Part shown: positions 53,497 through 64,000 of the stretch, piece by piece | Position numbering within the stretch: position 1 is the stretch's first letter | How the letters are laid out: each line of letters opens with the position of its first letter | Origin: Malacoraja senta | Lineage: Eukaryota | Reading direction: 5' to 3' | NCBI GenBank assembly: GCA_038087875.1 | Contig: CM075989.1 | Location: 11,596,001 to 11,660,000, forward strand | DNA: 64,000 bases | The notes under the pieces: generated by a model | The model's database searches: none | The model's input: only the letters and a program-made list of their open reading frames with translations | Told to the model about the DNA's origin: nothing | Position numbers and translations under genes: made by a program

Positions 53497-56400
53497 CAAA
53501 GTTTCCTGGTAGATTCAGGTGCCCATGTCAGTATCCTGCCTCCAAACACCCGGGACCTCCGTGCAGGTAAGGTGGGACCTGTCCTCTCGGCCGTAAACGG
53601 GAGCAATATTCGCACCTACGGTACGCGGACCGCGAAACTAAATTTCGACTCCCACCAGTACAGGTGGAAGTTCATCGTTGCTGACGTCGCCCAATCGATT
53701 CTGGGCGCCGATTTCTTGCGCGCGTTCTCCCTGTTAGTCGATGTACGGGGTGGTCGAATGATCCCTGCATCGGGACCATGCCCTGACACACCGCGCAACC
53801 CGTCAACGCCCTCGCAGCAACTATCTGAGGTAGCTGAGATCCAGAAACCTTTCACAACCCTGCTCGCCGATTTTCCCGGGTTACTCATGCCCTGGTTCGA
53901 CGGGGCCGCACCCCGTCATGGCGTAGTCAATCACATTCCCACCAAGGGTCCGCCAGTGCACGCCCGCGCGCGCCGTCTCCCGCCCGATAAACTGCGCATC
54001 ACGCGGGACGAGTTCCAGCTCATGGAGGACCTGGGAATTGTCCGGCGGTCGGATAGCCCATGGGCTTCCCCGTTACACATGGTACCTAAAGCGTCCGGGG
54101 GTTGGAGACCTTGCGGCGACTATCGACGTCTAAACGCAATAACCACGGCCGACCGGTATCCTGTCCCAAACATTCAGGATTTCTCGGCCCATTTGGAAGG
54201 GGCGACTGTCTTCTCGAAGGTCGACCTCATCCGCGGGTATAACCAAATCCCGGTCCACCCTGACGACATCCCTAAGACGGCCACCATTACCCCGTTCGGC
54301 CTTTTCGAGTGGCTCAGAATGCCTTTTGGCCTGAAGAACGCAGCCCAGGTGTTCCAAAGGTTAATGGATCAGGTCGGCCGGGGTTTGCTGTTCATTTTCA
54401 TCTACCTGGATGACATCCTGGTAGCCAGCCGCTCGGAGGCAGAACATACCAAACACCTCCGCTTACTTTTCGAACGGCTGCACGAACACGGGTTGGTAAT
54501 CAATCCCGAGAAGTTCCAGTTCGGGCTGCGCTCTATCTCGTTCTTGGGGCATAGTATCACTTCCCAGGGAGCGCAACCCCTTCCCGAGAAAGTTGACGCC
54601 ATTCAGCAATTCCCCAGGCCATTGTCGATTAAGGGTCTCCAGGAGTTTATCGGGATGGTTAACTTCTATCACCGTTTCGTCTCGTCGGCAGCTGCCATCA
54701 TGCGGCCACTATTCCAATGCCTGGCCGGTAAGCCCAAGGACCTAGTTTGGTCTAAGGAGACGCAGAAAGCTTTCGAAGGGGCCAAGACGGCATTGGCCAA
54801 CGCCACTATGTTAGTACACCCCAGGGCTTCGGCCCAAACGGCACTAACCGTAGACGCCTCCGATGTCGCGGTGGGGGCCGTCCTTGAGCTGCGGGTAGGC
54901 AGTCGCTGGGTGCAGCTGCCGTTTTTCAGCAGGCAACTGCGCGCCCCGGAAATTAAATACTGCGCTTTACCTAGCAATCCGCCATTACCGCTATTTCCTA
55001 GAAGGGCGAGCTTTCACTGCGTTCACCGATCACAAGCCACTAACGTTCGCTTTGACCAAGGTTTCCGATCCGTGGTCCGCTAGACAGCAACGGCACCTTG
55101 CCTACATTTCGGAATTCACGTCTGACATTCGACATGTGGCAGGAAAGCTGAATGTCGTGGCCGACGCATTATCTCGTCCAGCGCTGCCCGAGGTCTCCGC
55201 GCTCAGTCTGGGTATCGATTACCAGGAGTTGGCCGCTGCCCAACGGGCAGACACCGGTATGGGGATTTACCACAACACTGAATCTGGACTGAAACTGGTT
55301 GAAGTGCCTTGTGGCGCCTCCGGCGCGCGAGTCCTTTGTGATGTTTCCACCGGTAAAGCCCGACCAATTGTCCCGGTCGCTTGGCGACGCCGGATCTTCG
55401 ACACCATCCATAGTTTAGCACACCTGTCAATTCGCGCTACCTCTGCCCTAGTCGCTGCGAAGTTCGTCTGGCACGGCTTGAGGAAGCAAGTCGCTGCATG
55501 GGCTCGTTCCTGTATCCCATGCCAGACCTCCAAAGTGCAGAGACATGTACACCCGCCGGTCCAGGATTTCGATGTCCCGGACGGCCGGTTCCTGCACATC
55601 CATGTAGACCTGGTAGGTCCCTTACCTTGTTCGCGCGGGGCTACCCACTTACTGACTATCGTGGACAGGTTTACCAGGTGGGCAGAGGCCATCCCGTTAG
55701 CGGATACCTCCGCCGAGGCATGCGTGAGGGCCATTGTCTCAAATTGGGTCGCCTGTTTCGGGGTCCCCTCAGATATAACGACGGACCGCGGGGCCCAGTT
55801 CACATCTTCCCTATGGGGCAGTATGGCGCAGATGTACGGCGCCAAGTTACATCAAACTACTGCTTACCACCCTGAGTCTAACGGGCTGGTCGAGCGATTC
55901 CACAGACATCTTAAGTCGGCGTTAAAGGCACGACTCACCGGCCCTGATTGGGTCGACCAGTTACCTTGGGTCCTCCTGGGCATCAGGACAACGCCCAAGG
56001 AAGACCTCAAAGCCTCCTCGGCCGAGTTAGTTTATGGCTAGGTTTTGCGGGTTCCCGGGGATTTCTTGCCTGCCCCCCAGGGATCAGGAGAATGCCACCT
56101 CGCAGGTGTTGGAGGACCTTAACGAGCGGGCGCGCGCTTTGGTCCCAGTTCCAACTTCCCGGCACGGTTCGTCTTCGGTTCATGTGCCTTCTGTGTTATG
56201 GGAATGCGCTTATGTTTTTCTCCGTAGAGACGCTCATCGCTCGCCGTTACAGCGGGTGTATGAGGGTCCGTACAAGGTGCTCAATGCGGGGGTTTCAACA
56301 TTCACTTTGGACATGGGCGGCAGAGAGGAGTTTGTTTCTGTAGGCCGCCTCAAGCCTGCACATGTCGACGAGGATAGCCCAGTGACAGTTGCTACCCCAC

Positions 56401-56620
56401 GGCATAGAGGACGTCCACCTGCCGTTTTGACACCCTCTACACCTGTTCCCTCCGGTCGCGTTTCTCTGGTCCCCTTTGTTACGCCCGTCCCTCGGTTGCG
56501 GTTTTCGCGTCCCTCCGGTCCTGTTGTGCCAGTCCCAAATGTTACACTCGCCCTGCGACTTCGGACTACACGTTCCGGTCGCACCGTCCGTTTACCCGCA
56601 CGTTTCCGTACCGCGGATTC
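53497..56620 (+). pseudogene. Gypsy pol (protease, RT, RNase H, integrase), disrupted
   Basis: Protease LVDSGA (53506); RT motifs [20 protein letters not shown] and YLDD (54403); RNase H TVDAS; integrase HHCC, HVDLVGP/TDRG/ESNGLVERFH and GPY. Frameshifting deletion near 54967, TAG at 56039-56041 and a further frameshift just downstream. Confidence 0.92.
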
Positions 56621-56632
56621 TGGGGGGGGCCA

Positions 56633-56858
56633 TGTAGCGGCGCCACCTAGCGCACGCAGATATCGAACCCGGCGTTCGGAAGTCGCGGTCACGTGATCCG
56701 GGAGGGGCCGTTGTTTTCGCGCGGTTTTCCCTTGGCGCGAGTTAGTTGAGTGCTGACCACCGATGTGGTCAGACGTGTTTGACAAACCTGTGTACTGCAA
56801 CTTACTTTCGAATAAAGTTTTGGTTGAAACTCCAGTAGTCGTTTCTCAAACCGCTAAA
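56633..56858 (+). repeat. 3' LTR (226 bp)
   Basis: Follows the PPT; TGTAGCGG...CCGCTAAA; AATAAA at 56811; followed by the ATGG TSD. Confidence 0.9.
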
Positions 56859-57189
56859 ATGGGAAAATATGACAGTATGACCCAGTACCAGGTTAGATCA
56901 GGTAAAGGACCCAGCAGAGAGTCCTGGGCAGTAGAAAGGGGCACAAAGCAACATCTTTTAAATTATTTGTATTTTGTTTAATGTTGTTATTTTAAAGTCA
57001 TTAAGTTGGTTTTATTTTTGGTTAATTCCAAATATTGCTTCATCCAGGTTAGAGCATGTAGAGTCTATTTGGTTGGAAGTAAAAATAGCAAGGGAATGAA
57101 AACATTGGTAGGAGCCATGCATATTGCCTGAAAGGTAGATATAAAATAGACATAATATTCAAAAAAGAACATAAATAGCAGAGAGCTAG

Positions 57190-57500
57190 AACTGTAGCGT
57201 GATACAGTACAGAAACTGGTCCTTCAGTGCAGCCATCCACACTGACCATCAAGCGCTGATCTTCACTCTAATCACACACACATTTATTTTATTTTTCTCC
57301 ACATTCCTATTAACTTTCCTCAGATTCTAAATCCACCACACACTAGCAGCAACTGGTGGATGTGGAGGATACCCGAGCACCCGGAGGAAAGCCTGTTGTC
57401 ACAAGGAAAACGTGCAAACTCCACACAGACAGCAACTAAAGTCAGAATTTAACCTGTGCCAGTGGGGCTGTGAAGCAGTAGCTTGACTATCTGTGCCACT
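57190..57500 (-). mobile_element. V-SINE, degraded
   Basis: Reverse-complement V-domain GAGCACCCGGAGGAAA...ACGTGCAAACTCCACACAGACAGC. Confidence 0.7.
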
Positions 57501-57559
57501 TACTACTGAACCCACTCCAGCTAATGCTTTCTTCAAAGTATGCTAATAAATCTGTCAGA

Positions 57560-60380
57560 AAGGATTCCCATTCAGGACGCCATGTAGAGGTAGTAATGTA
57601 TTAATCACGGGTAACTTTAATCTTCATGTAGAGTGGGTTAATCGTATTGGAAATGGTAGCCACATGAATGAATTCATGGAGTGCAGTCAGGATAGTATCT
57701 TGAAGTAAAGTGTTATGGAGCCAACCAAGGAACAGCCTATCTTAGATCCAGTAATGTCTAAAGAGACAGGTTTAATAAATGATTTCAAAGTAAAAGATCC
57801 CTTTGGAAGCAGTGAATGCATTATGATATAATTTACATTTGGCTAGAGAGTAAAAAACATGAATCTGAAACAGCCTTGTGCAAGTTAAACAAGGGGAATT
57901 ACAAAGGCATGAGGGTAGAAGTGGACTGGGCAAGTAGATAAGCAGGTATTCATGGATAAGCAGTGCCAGCTGTTTACGAAGATAATTCATAATTCCCAGC
58001 AAAATTATATCCCATCGAGGAGGAGAGAATGTAAGGGGAGGAACCAATCATAACTAACCAAGGAGATTAAGGAGAGTGTTAAACTGAAAAGCAAACACAA
58101 TGTGGCAAAAATTATCAGTAGATCCGAATAGTGGAATAATTTCAGAGCCAACAAAGAAGGACTGGAATCAAAACTAATGAGAAACGCAGAGTAACTGGTG
58201 AGAAATAGTAAAAAAAAATCACACAAGAACACTTTTAAGTACATAAATAAACAGGAAGAGGGAGAGGTCAAAGACTTCTTAGAAAATGAGGCTAGCAAAT
58301 TGTTACAGAGAACATGGAATAGGAAGCAGTTAACAGATATTTTGTGAGAATCTAATGGTCACAAGTAATTTGAAATCCTTGACAATGCTAAAAAATACAG
58401 ACAAGAATATAAATTAGTAATTAAAATGAACTGCAGATGCTGGTTTATACTAAAGCTAGATGCAAAATGCTGGAGTAGCCTCATCCTTCCCAACCTGAAA
58501 TGTCACTTATTCATTTTCTTCAGAGTTGCTGCCTGACACACTGAGTTACTCCAGCAGTTTGTGTCTAACTTTGGTATAAACCAGCATCTGCGGTTCCTTG
58601 TTTCTACATGTTTGAAAGAGATTTGAACCGGACCATGGATTTGTGTCAATCTTTAGCAGATAATTAGTATCAGGCAAACCAATAGTGCTGAAATCTGGAC
58701 CTAATACTTTGCATAAAAATAACCAAAATTAATTGTCGATGGAGATAATTAATGCACCATTTGCAATCTTTCAAAAAACCCGGGATTCTGGAGAAGTCCT
58801 GGAGGATTTCAAAAGCTGCCAATCTTGAAACACATTCAAAAAAGATGGAGAAGGAGGGGGTGCAAGAAATAGATAGCTATAGTTTGATTAGAATAAAGGC
58901 TATTATTGAAAAATATTCAAATCAAATATTAAGGAGGTAATAGTCGGGACCGGCATTGGGAAAGTTGTAGCCTGGTCATGCAGAGTCATGGCTTTGTGAA
59001 AGGTAATCATGTCTGAAAGATTTATCAAACAAGTATCAGCTAAAGTGATGGAGGGAGACTAAAATATATAATATCTGGATGCAAAATTGTCTTGGCGGGA
59101 GGAGTCCAAGGGTAGTAGTGGAGATTTCTGTTTCAGATCAGAGGCATGTCACCAGTGATGTGTTGCAGCAGGGATTGGTGCTGGGTGCAGTGTTGTTCGT
59201 CACCTACATTAACAAACTGGATGAGAATGTAGTTAGCAAGTTTGCAGCTGAGACCAATACACGAGGTATAGTGGACAGTGAGGAAGTTTATCCAAGACTA
59301 CACAAGGATCTAGACCAACTGGGAAAGTGGGCCAAGGATTGGGAGATAGAACTTAACTCTGACAAGTGCAAAGAGCTGCATTTTGGTAAATTAAACTATT
59401 AATTGACTGGGCCCTGGGAAGTGTTGAGGAGCAGAAAGATCTAAGGGTACAAGTACATTGTTTCCTGAAAGTTAGATAGGGTGGTGAAGAAGACATTTGC
59501 CATGACTGCCTATATAAGTCAGGACATTGAATACAAGAGTTGGAATGTCATGTTACAACTGTACAGGACATTGGTGATACCACACTTGCAGTATTGTGTG
59601 CAGTACTGATCACTGAAGAAATTTATTCTCAGTCCTGAATGTCAAAGGGCGGATGAGCTTCTAGCGAGCCAAGGGCCATCCACACTTCAGTAGAAGTTGC
59701 AATCACTGTCGTACATAGCATTGTAAGGAATGATGATAAAGCACACACACCATAATCCTATACTTCCAGCGGCGGAAGTCCGCAGGAACTGGAGGGCGGA
59801 GATGTGTGGTGCGTCCGTTATCGTTCCCGTCGGAAACCAGCACCACTGTCGCTAATGTTTTCAACGATGATGAATGAAGTCTGATCACTTAGCTATAGGA
59901 AGGTTGTCATGAAGCTGGGAAGGGTGCAAAAAAAATTGCCAAGAATATTGCGGGACTGGAGGGCTTGAGTTATAAGGAGAGACTAGATAAGACTTTTTCC
60001 TCTGAAACTAGGAGACTGAGGGGTGATCCTGCAGCTGTACATAAAATCATGAGGGTCAGAGATAAATTGAATGGTCACAGTCTTTTTCCCAGGGCAGGAG
60101 AATCTAAATTTAGAGAGCATCGATTTAACGTGAGAGTAGAAAGATTAAAGAGGACCTGAGGGGCAACTTTTCACACATGATACGTATGTAGTAGAAATGT
60201 GGAACGTGCTGCCAGAGGAAGTAGGGGAGGTGGGTACAATTATAGTGTTGGTTAGGAACATGCATAGGAATGGTTTATACAAATATGGGTGTAATACAGG
60301 CAAATGGGACCAGCTCATCTGGGTAAAGTAATTAGTAACCCGAATGTCCCTGTTCTGTGCTGCATGACTCTATGACCCTG
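57560..60380 (+). mobile_element. Degraded CR1 LINE fragments with nested insertions
   Basis: GNFNL/GSSEC endonuclease remnants, QGLVLGAVLF, KCKELHFG and RLRGD motifs in several frames. Confidence 0.8.
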
Positions 60381-61574
60381 TGTACTTAGAAATTCAAAAG
60401 ATGTCTAACAATCCTGACAATAGGTTTATTTGTGAGGTAAGAACTCATGGTGTGTGTGTGGGGGGTGAGAGAGAAGGGTAGAATGTTGAATTGATAGAGG
60501 ATTTAATAACGCAGCAAACAGTGAATAGAGTTACAGGGGGTCCTTGTCAGGTTGCCAATCTATGACCAGTGAGGTAGCACAGGGATCAATACTGGGGCTG
60601 CATCTCTTTGATACACTGACGAGGAAGGAACCAAACACAATGTAGCCATAAATTTGGATGATACAACAGGTGGAGGGACAGCAAGCTGTGAGGAGGATTC
60701 CAGGGGTTTACTCGGAGAGATTAAATAGATTGAAGAAGGGTCCTGACCTGAGATGTTACCTATCCCTGTATCCCTGTTCTTCAGCAATGTTGCCTGACCT
60801 GCTGAGTTTCTCCAGCACTTTGAGCCATTTTGTAGATTGGGTCTATACTTGACCATCCTGATACAGGGCCTCCAACCTCAAATGTAGACTGTTTCTCTCT
60901 ATCCCTGTTGAGTGTTTCCAACATTTAAAAAAATATTTCAAATTTCTAGCATTTTTAAAATAATGTTATTTAATTTAGATCTGTACTCCAATAGATTAAG
61001 GGGTGGTCTTGTTGAAATATTTTACAAAGGCCTGACGGTTTGACAGTTTCCCCTGACTGGAGAATTCCAAACCAGTGCCATAGTCTGAACATTCAGGACT
61101 GAGAATAAATTTCTTCAGCAGAGGGTAGTGAATCTTGGAATTCTCTCCCCAACAGGGCTGTGGAGATTCAGTTGCTGACTACTTTAAAACAGTGATTAAG
61201 AGTTTTGGGTAATAAGGGAATCAGCAGAGATGGGGTTACTGAGGAACAGTAGTGCTCAGGTGATGTTGCTAACCATTTTAACACCCCTTCCCATTCCCAT
61301 GCAAACCTTTCTGTCCTGGGCCTCCTCCATTGCCAGAGTAAGGCCACCTGCAAACTGGAGGAACAGCACCTCATATTCTGCTTGAGTAGCTTGTAACCCA
61401 GCGGTATGAACATTGAATTCTCTAATTTCAAGTAACCCCTACAAAACCATTTCTCCCCCACACCCTCCCCTCGGCCCCACCTAGACCTCCAGATCTCTCC
61501 TCTCCCCCTCCACCTACATTCCTTCTTCTGGGTTCACAATGCATAACTATTTCCTCCTTTTGTCTCGCCTGTTT

Positions 61575-62875
61575 TTTAATCTCTGGTCTTTGTCCAACTA
61601 TCTGGAATTTTTTGAGGATGTAATAAGTAGAATGGATAAGGGAAAGCCAGTGGACGTGGTGTATCTGGACTTTCAAAAAGCCTTTGACAAGGTCCCACAC
61701 AAGAGATCAGTGCACAAAATTAGAGCACATGCTATTGGGGGTAGGGTATTGACATGGATAGAGAACTGGTTGGCAGACAGGAAGCAAAGAGTAGGAATTA
61801 ACGGGTCTTTTTCAGATTGGCAGGCAGTGACCAGTGGGGTATCACAAGGTTCGGTGCTGGGACCCCAGTTATTTACAATATATATTAACGATGTAGACGA
61901 GGGAATTAAACGTGACATCTCCAAGTTTGCAGATGACAAAACGCTGGGTGGCAGTGTGAGCTGCGAGGAGGATGCTATGAGGCTGCAGGGTGACTTGGAT
62001 AGGTTGGGTGAGTGGGCAGATGCATGGCAGGTGCAGTATAATATGGATAAATGTGAGGTTATCCACTTTGGTGGCAAAAAACAGAAGGCAGATTATTATC
62101 TGAATGGTGTCAGATTAGGAAAAGGGAATTTGCAACGAGAGCTGGGTGTGCTTGTGCATCAGTCACTGAAAGTAAGCATGCAGATACAGCAGGCAGTGAA
62201 GAAAGCTAATGGCATGTTGGCCTTCATTGCTAGAGGATTTTAGTTTAGGAGCAAGGAGTTCCTATTGCAGTTGTACAGGGCCCTGGTGAGACCGCACCTG
62301 GAGTATTTTGTGTAATTTTGGTCTCCTAATTTGAGGAAGGACATTATTGCTATTGAGGGAGTGCAGCGTAGGTTCACCAGGTTAATTCCAGGGATGGCAG
62401 GAATGACCTTTGATGAAAGAATGGGTCAACTGGGCTTGTATTCACTGGAATTTAGAAGGATGAGAGGATATCTTGTACAAACATTTAAAATTCCTAAAGG
62501 ATTGGACAGGCTAGATGCAGGAAAAATGTTCCCGATGTTGGAGGAGTCCAGAACCAGGGGTCACAGTTTAAGAATAAGGGGAAGGCCATTTACAGTTTAA
62601 GAATAAGGGGAAGGCCATTTACGACTGAGATGAGGAATAACTTTTTCACCCAGAGAGTTGTGAATCTGTGGAATTCTCTGCCACTGAAGGCAGTGGAGGC
62701 CAATTCACTGCATGTTTACAAGAGGGAGTTAGATTTAGCTCTTAGGGTTCTAGGAATCAAGGGATATGAGGAAAAAGCAGGAATGGGGTACCGATTTTAG
62801 ATGATCAGCCATTATCATATTGAATGGCGGTGCTGGTTCGAAGGGCCGAATGGCCTACTCCGTCACCTGTTTCTA
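61575..62875 (+). mobile_element. CR1-clade LINE (HER1-like) 3' part, relatively young
   Basis: YLDFQKAFDKVPH, QGSVLGPQLF, SKFADD and KCEVIHFG motifs; 3' UTR GGGCCGAATGGCCTACTCC; internal 29-bp tandem duplication at 62563-62620. Confidence 0.92.
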
Positions 62876-63169
62876 TCTGACTATCACCACCACCCCCGCC
62901 CCTTCATATGTCATCTATTACCTACCACGCTCTGTCCTACCCCTCCTATCTTCCAGTACTCTCCCCCCCCCCCCCCCGCAACAATCAGTCTGAAGAAGGG
63001 TCCCGACCAGAAAGGTTACCAATCCACATTTTATAGGGATGTTGCCTGCCTGACCCGTTGAATTACTCCAGCACTTTGTGTCATTTTTTGCGCTAATATG
63101 ATGGATCGGCCACAAAGTTATTGAATAGCAATCACGGGGAGCCGAATGGCCTGCACCTCCTTCTATTTC

Positions 63170-64000
63170 TTATGCACCGTGGCGGTGCTGGCACTGGAGG
63201 AGCCTTTTGTCTCCTTGGATTCGCTGCCTGCCTGTGCTTTCTCCGGCTACGGACTCTCTCCACCGACCTCTTCACCGTAACATTCCCAACGGGGCTGAAA
63301 CTGTTCCTGGGAATGGGAGCAGATCCAGCGTTGTGGCTGAATCCCACCTTGTACCGATCCCCCCCAACCGATCTGCCAGATAATAAAGGCAGATTTATGC
63401 AGAACAGCAACCAGGAGCTGTGCAGAGGCGCTGCAGACACGCGGAGAGAACAAATCAAACCCGGTGATGTCGGAGCCATTATTACACGACATTTACAAGG
63501 CAGAAGGCACAATGGGAAATGCAGAACCAGCGGACAAAAAATACGAAACAATTCGATGCAAATACCGAGTTAAAATCCTGGCAGATCACATTATTTATTG
63601 CATTGCAAAAAAAAAGAAGCATTTAACTCGGAGTCCTGCACAAGATTGCCTCCAATTCCTGCAACGACCTTCCTCTCCAGTGTACACGCTCCCTCTGCCG
63701 GGCCCGCCGGTCTCTGCCCGCCTATTGGTTGGCGTTAAGCCCTGCCTATCTCGACCCCGCGGCTATTGGGTGGAACCCACGCCACTCAGGCAACGCGTGT
63801 CGTTGATTGGAGCAGCGGGCTGCCCGTCAGGGGCTGCTCCAGACCCCGCCCCCCAGGGGCAGACGGATACTTTTGTGGCGGCCGATAGTTTGTGTTAAAG
63901 GGCCGCGTCAGCTGGCGGCAGCGATGAGAGGGCAGCCCGGCCACAGCGCGTTAGCGAGCAGCTGGCGACCGAGGTGAAAGCCCAGCAAAACACACACAGC
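63170..64000. promoter_or_regulatory. CpG island, probable promoter of the neighbouring gene (extends past the window)
   Basis: CpG-rich and not recognisably repetitive. Three ATTGG boxes (63724, 63765, 63806) and a GC box CCCCGCCCC near 63844. Confidence 0.65.

Larger units (their letters stand above)
53317..56858 (+). mobile_element. Ty3/Gypsy LTR retrotransposon, internally deleted (no gag, no PBS)
   Basis: 4-bp TSD ATGG at 53313-53316 and 56859-56862. Both LTRs start TGTAGCGG; the 3' LTR ends CCGCTAAA (imperfect inverted terminus). G-rich polypurine tract at 56622-56629. Domain order is PR-RT-RH-IN. Confidence 0.95.

Noticed and set aside
53428..56696. Domesticated Gypsy-derived host gene or active retrotransposon
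   Set aside because: Retains LTRs, PPT and TSD; has two frameshifts and a stop; lacks gag and PBS.
63121..63898. 130-150 aa ORFs on both strands in the right-hand CpG island
   Set aside because: No recognisable protein similarity; typical GC-rich spurious ORFs.

Overview
Repeat-rich, AT-rich eukaryotic DNA. The repeat families (HE1/V-SINE-like SINEs, abundant CR1 and Penelope) suggest a cartilaginous fish, probably a skate or ray; this is inference. The only host gene I can support is GOLM2/CASC4 on the minus strand. It has a CpG-island promoter at about 36.8-37.9 kb and four coding exons with canonical GT-AG junctions (37125-37274, 19304-19474, 8820-8874, 1882-1984); the rest of the gene lies left of the window. 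A second CpG-island promoter starts at about 63.1-64 kb. The remainder is a mosaic of CR1, L2, Rex1-like and Penelope retroelements, SINEs, hAT/Tc1/MITE relics and one Ty3/Gypsy LTR element (53317-56858, ATGG TSD) that has lost gag and its primer-binding site. The most notable observation is a family of about 100-200-nt Penelope-derived insertions. Each is flanked by a 9-14-bp target-site duplication and carries a minimal type-I hammerhead ribozyme motif or a derivative of it. Three intact hammerhead cores lie in sense orientation in GOLM2 intron 1. Several template-switch or fold-back structures are also present. No prokaryotic-type systems (CRISPR, operons) are present. Boundaries of degraded repeats are approximate.
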